A stretch of DNA of 60,204 nt from Desulfobacteraceae bacterium (lineage in GTDB: Bacteria > Desulfobacterota > Desulfobacteria > Desulfobacterales > UBA11574). The DNA is taken from NCBI GenBank assembly GCA_030604635.1, contig JAUVVL010000001.1, positions 1-60,204 of the forward strand, given 5' to 3'. The notes beneath the pieces were generated by a model. The model did not search any database and was not told the DNA's origin. It saw only the letters and a list, made by a program, of their open reading frames with translations. The position numbers were made by a program, and so were the translations under genes. Every line of letters starts with the position of its first letter. Positions within the stretch are counted from its first letter, which is position 1. Below, piece by piece: positions 57,571 to 60,204 of the stretch.

Positions 57571-57659
57571 ATTTATTGATTCGTAAAAAGTCTATTTTGC
57601 TCACCTGGGTGAGCATTTTGGGGATTATTGTTTATGCAGGTTTTAAGTGATAAAAAAGA

Positions 57660-58622
57660 TCAAGTTGTTTCTTTAAAGAATCGCTCCAGGCTCTTCATAT
57701 TGTTGAGGTTATATGTTTTACAAGGATAATCTTTTGGTAAAATCTTTTTTAATAAACCGGTAAGAACCTTGCCCGGACCGACCTCGACAAATATTTCCAC
57801 GTTTTCCGCCATAAGCTTGCACATTGAGTCATACCACCTTACAGGGCTGCAAAACTGCCGGGCCATGATCGATTTGATTTCATCGGTATCCTTGGCAAAG
57901 TCAGCCGTGACATTAAAAACCATGGGTCTTACCGGCGTATTAAAACGAACAGCGTCGAGATAATCTTTAAACTCTTCTTGGGCTCCTTTTATCAACTCAC
58001 TATGCCATGCGCCGCTTACTTTCAGTGGTATGGCTTTTGCGCCCTGGGAGGAAGCCAGAGAAGAAACTTTTTTAACCGGGCCCGGCGCGCCGGTTACAAC
58101 TATCTGCTGTTCGGTGTTGTGATTTGCAACGGCAACAATGCCGTCCTTTTGAACCCCGGCAACAAGTTCCTCAACAGCATTTATGTCGAGACCAATAACC
58201 GCATGCATGGCCCCTTTATGCTTGGTCGATTCCCGGTGCATCAGTTCACCCCTTTTAAAGACGAGTCTGAAAGTATCTTCCTTTGAAACAATTCCTGATG
58301 CACACATTGTGCTGTATTCACCGAGACTATGACCCGCAGAAATGTCGGGTTTAATATTCTCTTTTTCGATTGCAGCGAGGCAGGCAAGATTTACCGCGGT
58401 TATGGCAGGTTGAAGATTAATCGTTTCGGTGAGATCGTCGAAGGGACCTTTAAAGCAGAGTTGCGATATGTTTATTCTGGCAATTTCATCTACCATATCA
58501 AAAAGTTCTCTGACTATGTCGTATTCCTGATAAAAGTCAAGGCCCATACCGACGGCCTGTGAACCCTGGCCGGGAAAAAGGAATGCTGTTTTTTTCAAAT
58601 TGGCCCTCCGTCTACTCATCAA
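57660..58622 (-). CDS. fabD: Malonyl-CoA:ACP transacylase
   Basis: 320 aa. FPGQGSQ and GHSLGEYS. Confidence 0.92.
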   Translation of the reverse strand: MMSRRRANLKKTAFLFPGQGSQAVGMGLDFYQEYDIVRELFDMVDEIARINISQLCFKGPFDDLTETINLQPAITAVNLACLAAIEKENIKPDISAGHSLGEYSTMCASGIVSKEDTFRLVFKRGELMHRESTKHKGAMHAVIGLDINAVEELVAGVQKDGIVAVANHNTEQQIVVTGAPGPVKKVSSLASSQGAKAIPLKVSGAWHSELIKGAQEEFKDYLDAVRFNTPVRPMVFNVTADFAKDTDEIKSIMARQFCSPVRWYDSMCKLMAENVEIFVEVGPGKVLTGLLKKILPKDYPCKTYNLNNMKSLERFFKETT

Positions 58623-59880
58623 GTTTAAAAAGTTTTCGGGTTATATCGAGATAAACAGATTTGTCTCCATGGGAGCTATTTCTTTTTAACAAAAGGGTAG
58701 GGTCATGCAAGATTTTATTTATCATTGCGTTTGTCATCCTGTTAATGGCCTGACAATCATCATCTGACAGGTGGTTTAAAGTTTGCAGTGTTTTTTTGAC
58801 CTCAGATCTTGCAATGTTATCCATTTTGTCCCTCAACGCAACGATGGTCGGCACCACATCCATGTTATCATACCACTGTCGGAAATGGATGACCGCTTCG
58901 TCAACTATTCTTTCCCCTTTGATCGCTTCCTGGTTGCGACTTTTAATGTTGTTATCAATAACTCCTTTTAAATCATCAATATCATAAATATATGAATTGT
59001 TGAGCCGGTTTATTTCCGGGTCAATATCGCGGGGAACGGCGATATCGATAAAGAAAAGGGGACGATTTCGCCGGCTGCGCATGATACCCTTGACCTGATC
59101 GCGGGTGACGACATAATCTGGCGAACCTGTTGAGCTGATGATAATGTCCACGCGTTGTAAGCAGTCTGTAATCTCTTCAAACCGGACAGCTTTGCCCTTG
59201 AATTTGTTGGCAAGCTTAACACCCCGTTCAAATGTCCTGTTGGCAACAAAAATATCTCCGGTCCTGTTTCGAGTCAGGTGTTCCACTGCAAGTTCGGCCA
59301 TTTCACCGGCTCCGATAAGGAGCACCTTTTTCCCTTCAAGGGTGCCGAATATTTTCCGTCCCAGTTCAATGGCCGCATAACTTATGGATACAGCATGATC
59401 TCCAATTCCTGTTTCACTTCGAACGCGTTTTGCCACGAAAAAGGTTCGATGAAATAATTTATTCAGGAGAACACCGGATGTCTTTTTTAGGGTAGCGGTT
59501 TGATAAGCATCTTTTATCTGACCCAGAATCTGGGGCTCTCCCACCACCATGGAATCGAGACTTGATGCAACCCTGAAGATATGCCGGACAGCATCATCAC
59601 CATCATGGATATATAGAGCATTCTCAAATTCAGTAACAGGTATTTTCTTGAATTCGGAAAGAAGCAATTTAACAGCATCCATGGCGTTCGATTTGTCCTC
59701 GGTTGCTATAAGAATTTCTACACGGTTGCAGGTGGAAATAAGGATTGCCTCGCTGATAGCAGGAGATTCTTGAAAAGCTTTTAGGGCAGCGGATGTCTCA
59801 TCTTTCGAGAATGCAAGGTTCTCCCTTAGTTCCACCGGTGCTGTTTTATGATTCAATCCTAATAATACGATATCTAACAT
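58612..59880 (-). CDS. hemA: Glutamyl-tRNA reductase
   Basis: 422 aa. STCNRVE, GAGEMAE, and the length and layout typical of HemA. Confidence 0.92.
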   Translation of the reverse strand: MLDIVLLGLNHKTAPVELRENLAFSKDETSAALKAFQESPAISEAILISTCNRVEILIATEDKSNAMDAVKLLLSEFKKIPVTEFENALYIHDGDDAVRHIFRVASSLDSMVVGEPQILGQIKDAYQTATLKKTSGVLLNKLFHRTFFVAKRVRSETGIGDHAVSISYAAIELGRKIFGTLEGKKVLLIGAGEMAELAVEHLTRNRTGDIFVANRTFERGVKLANKFKGKAVRFEEITDCLQRVDIIISSTGSPDYVVTRDQVKGIMRSRRNRPLFFIDIAVPRDIDPEINRLNNSYIYDIDDLKGVIDNNIKSRNQEAIKGERIVDEAVIHFRQWYDNMDVVPTIVALRDKMDNIARSEVKKTLQTLNHLSDDDCQAINRMTNAMINKILHDPTLLLKRNSSHGDKSVYLDITRKLFKLDE

Positions 59881-60009
59881 ATTTCTTAGTTCATGTATTC
59901 ATCAATACGTTATCATACAAACTTGAAAACTTAGTGCTCTAATTCGTAAATTCGATTACGTATTTTTATTAAGACAACTATCCCGTACAAGTTGAATTCT
60001 AAAAGTTTG

Positions 60010-60204
60010 AAGTGCCTAAAGTGAGCTAAAGCCCGCCCTGGTGCGACTCGTTCATATTTATTGATATAGGCTATGCATCATTCCAGACCTGACTTTTAGA
60101 GTATAGAGTATTGGTGATCGGTCTGGGCCAGGGTTGAGGAACGCGCTTTCAGCGCGATCAATTATAATTAAAATTGACAGAATACCTTAACTTTAGGCAC
60201 TTTA
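60010..60204. repeat. 13-bp perfect inverted repeat (AAGTGCCTAAAGT / ACTTTAGGCACTT) enclosing ~170 bp upstream of hemA
   Basis: Read directly. The right arm touches the window edge. Confidence 0.6.

Noticed and set aside
1-60204. CRISPR arrays, rRNA genes
   Set aside because: I saw no regularly spaced 25-40-nt direct repeats and no rRNA-like sequence on either strand. The tandem repeats that do exist (18814-18870, 43745-43890) are coding or junction repeats, not repeat-spacer arrays.

Overview
This 60.2-kb window is probably from a Desulfobacterota-like (deltaproteobacterial) chromosome. That placement is inferred only from gene content and sequence flavour. Two housekeeping flanks bracket a roughly 42-kb accessory region. 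The left flank (0.1-6.3 kb) carries PBP1A, hisI-hisG, an aminotransferase and EcsC. The right flank (48.9-60 kb) carries engB, era, an ATP-grasp gene, HNH, GGDEF, radical SAM plus rnc, PHP, dksA, fabD and hemA. The accessory region has four parts. (i) A RAYT-like HUH transposase flanked by perfect 30-bp inverted repeats, next to a DUF559 gene. (ii) An ~8.3-kb integrase-bearing prophage- or satellite-like island beside an orphan tRNA 3' fragment. (iii) A ~10-kb graveyard of recurring gene stubs (HsdR N-termini, Fic N-termini, AlbA_2/HATPase_c_4 genes, TA remnants), plus a visibly GC-richer pair of large unknown genes. (iv) A ~21-kb all-minus-strand defence array. The array starts with HigB/HigA(ImmA-fused) and a BREX-type-3-like set (DUF499 ATPase, mini-PglZ, DUF1156 Zn-ribbon methylase, a 142-aa protein). 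A ~4.9-kb cassette follows (S24 LexA-like repressor, 1039-aa N6-MTase, PD-(D/E)xK-like protein) that appears to have been inserted in front of the helicase gene. The array ends with a tight module: SNF2 helicase, a Cys-cluster protein, a dNTPase-like HD hydrolase, an AdoMetDC-like pyruvoyl enzyme and a DUF3326-like protein. This last module sits at the window centre. I do not recognise it as a named system, so it is my best candidate for an undescribed system. I found no rRNA, no CRISPR array and no intact tRNA. All family assignments come from motif recognition by eye, not from database searches.
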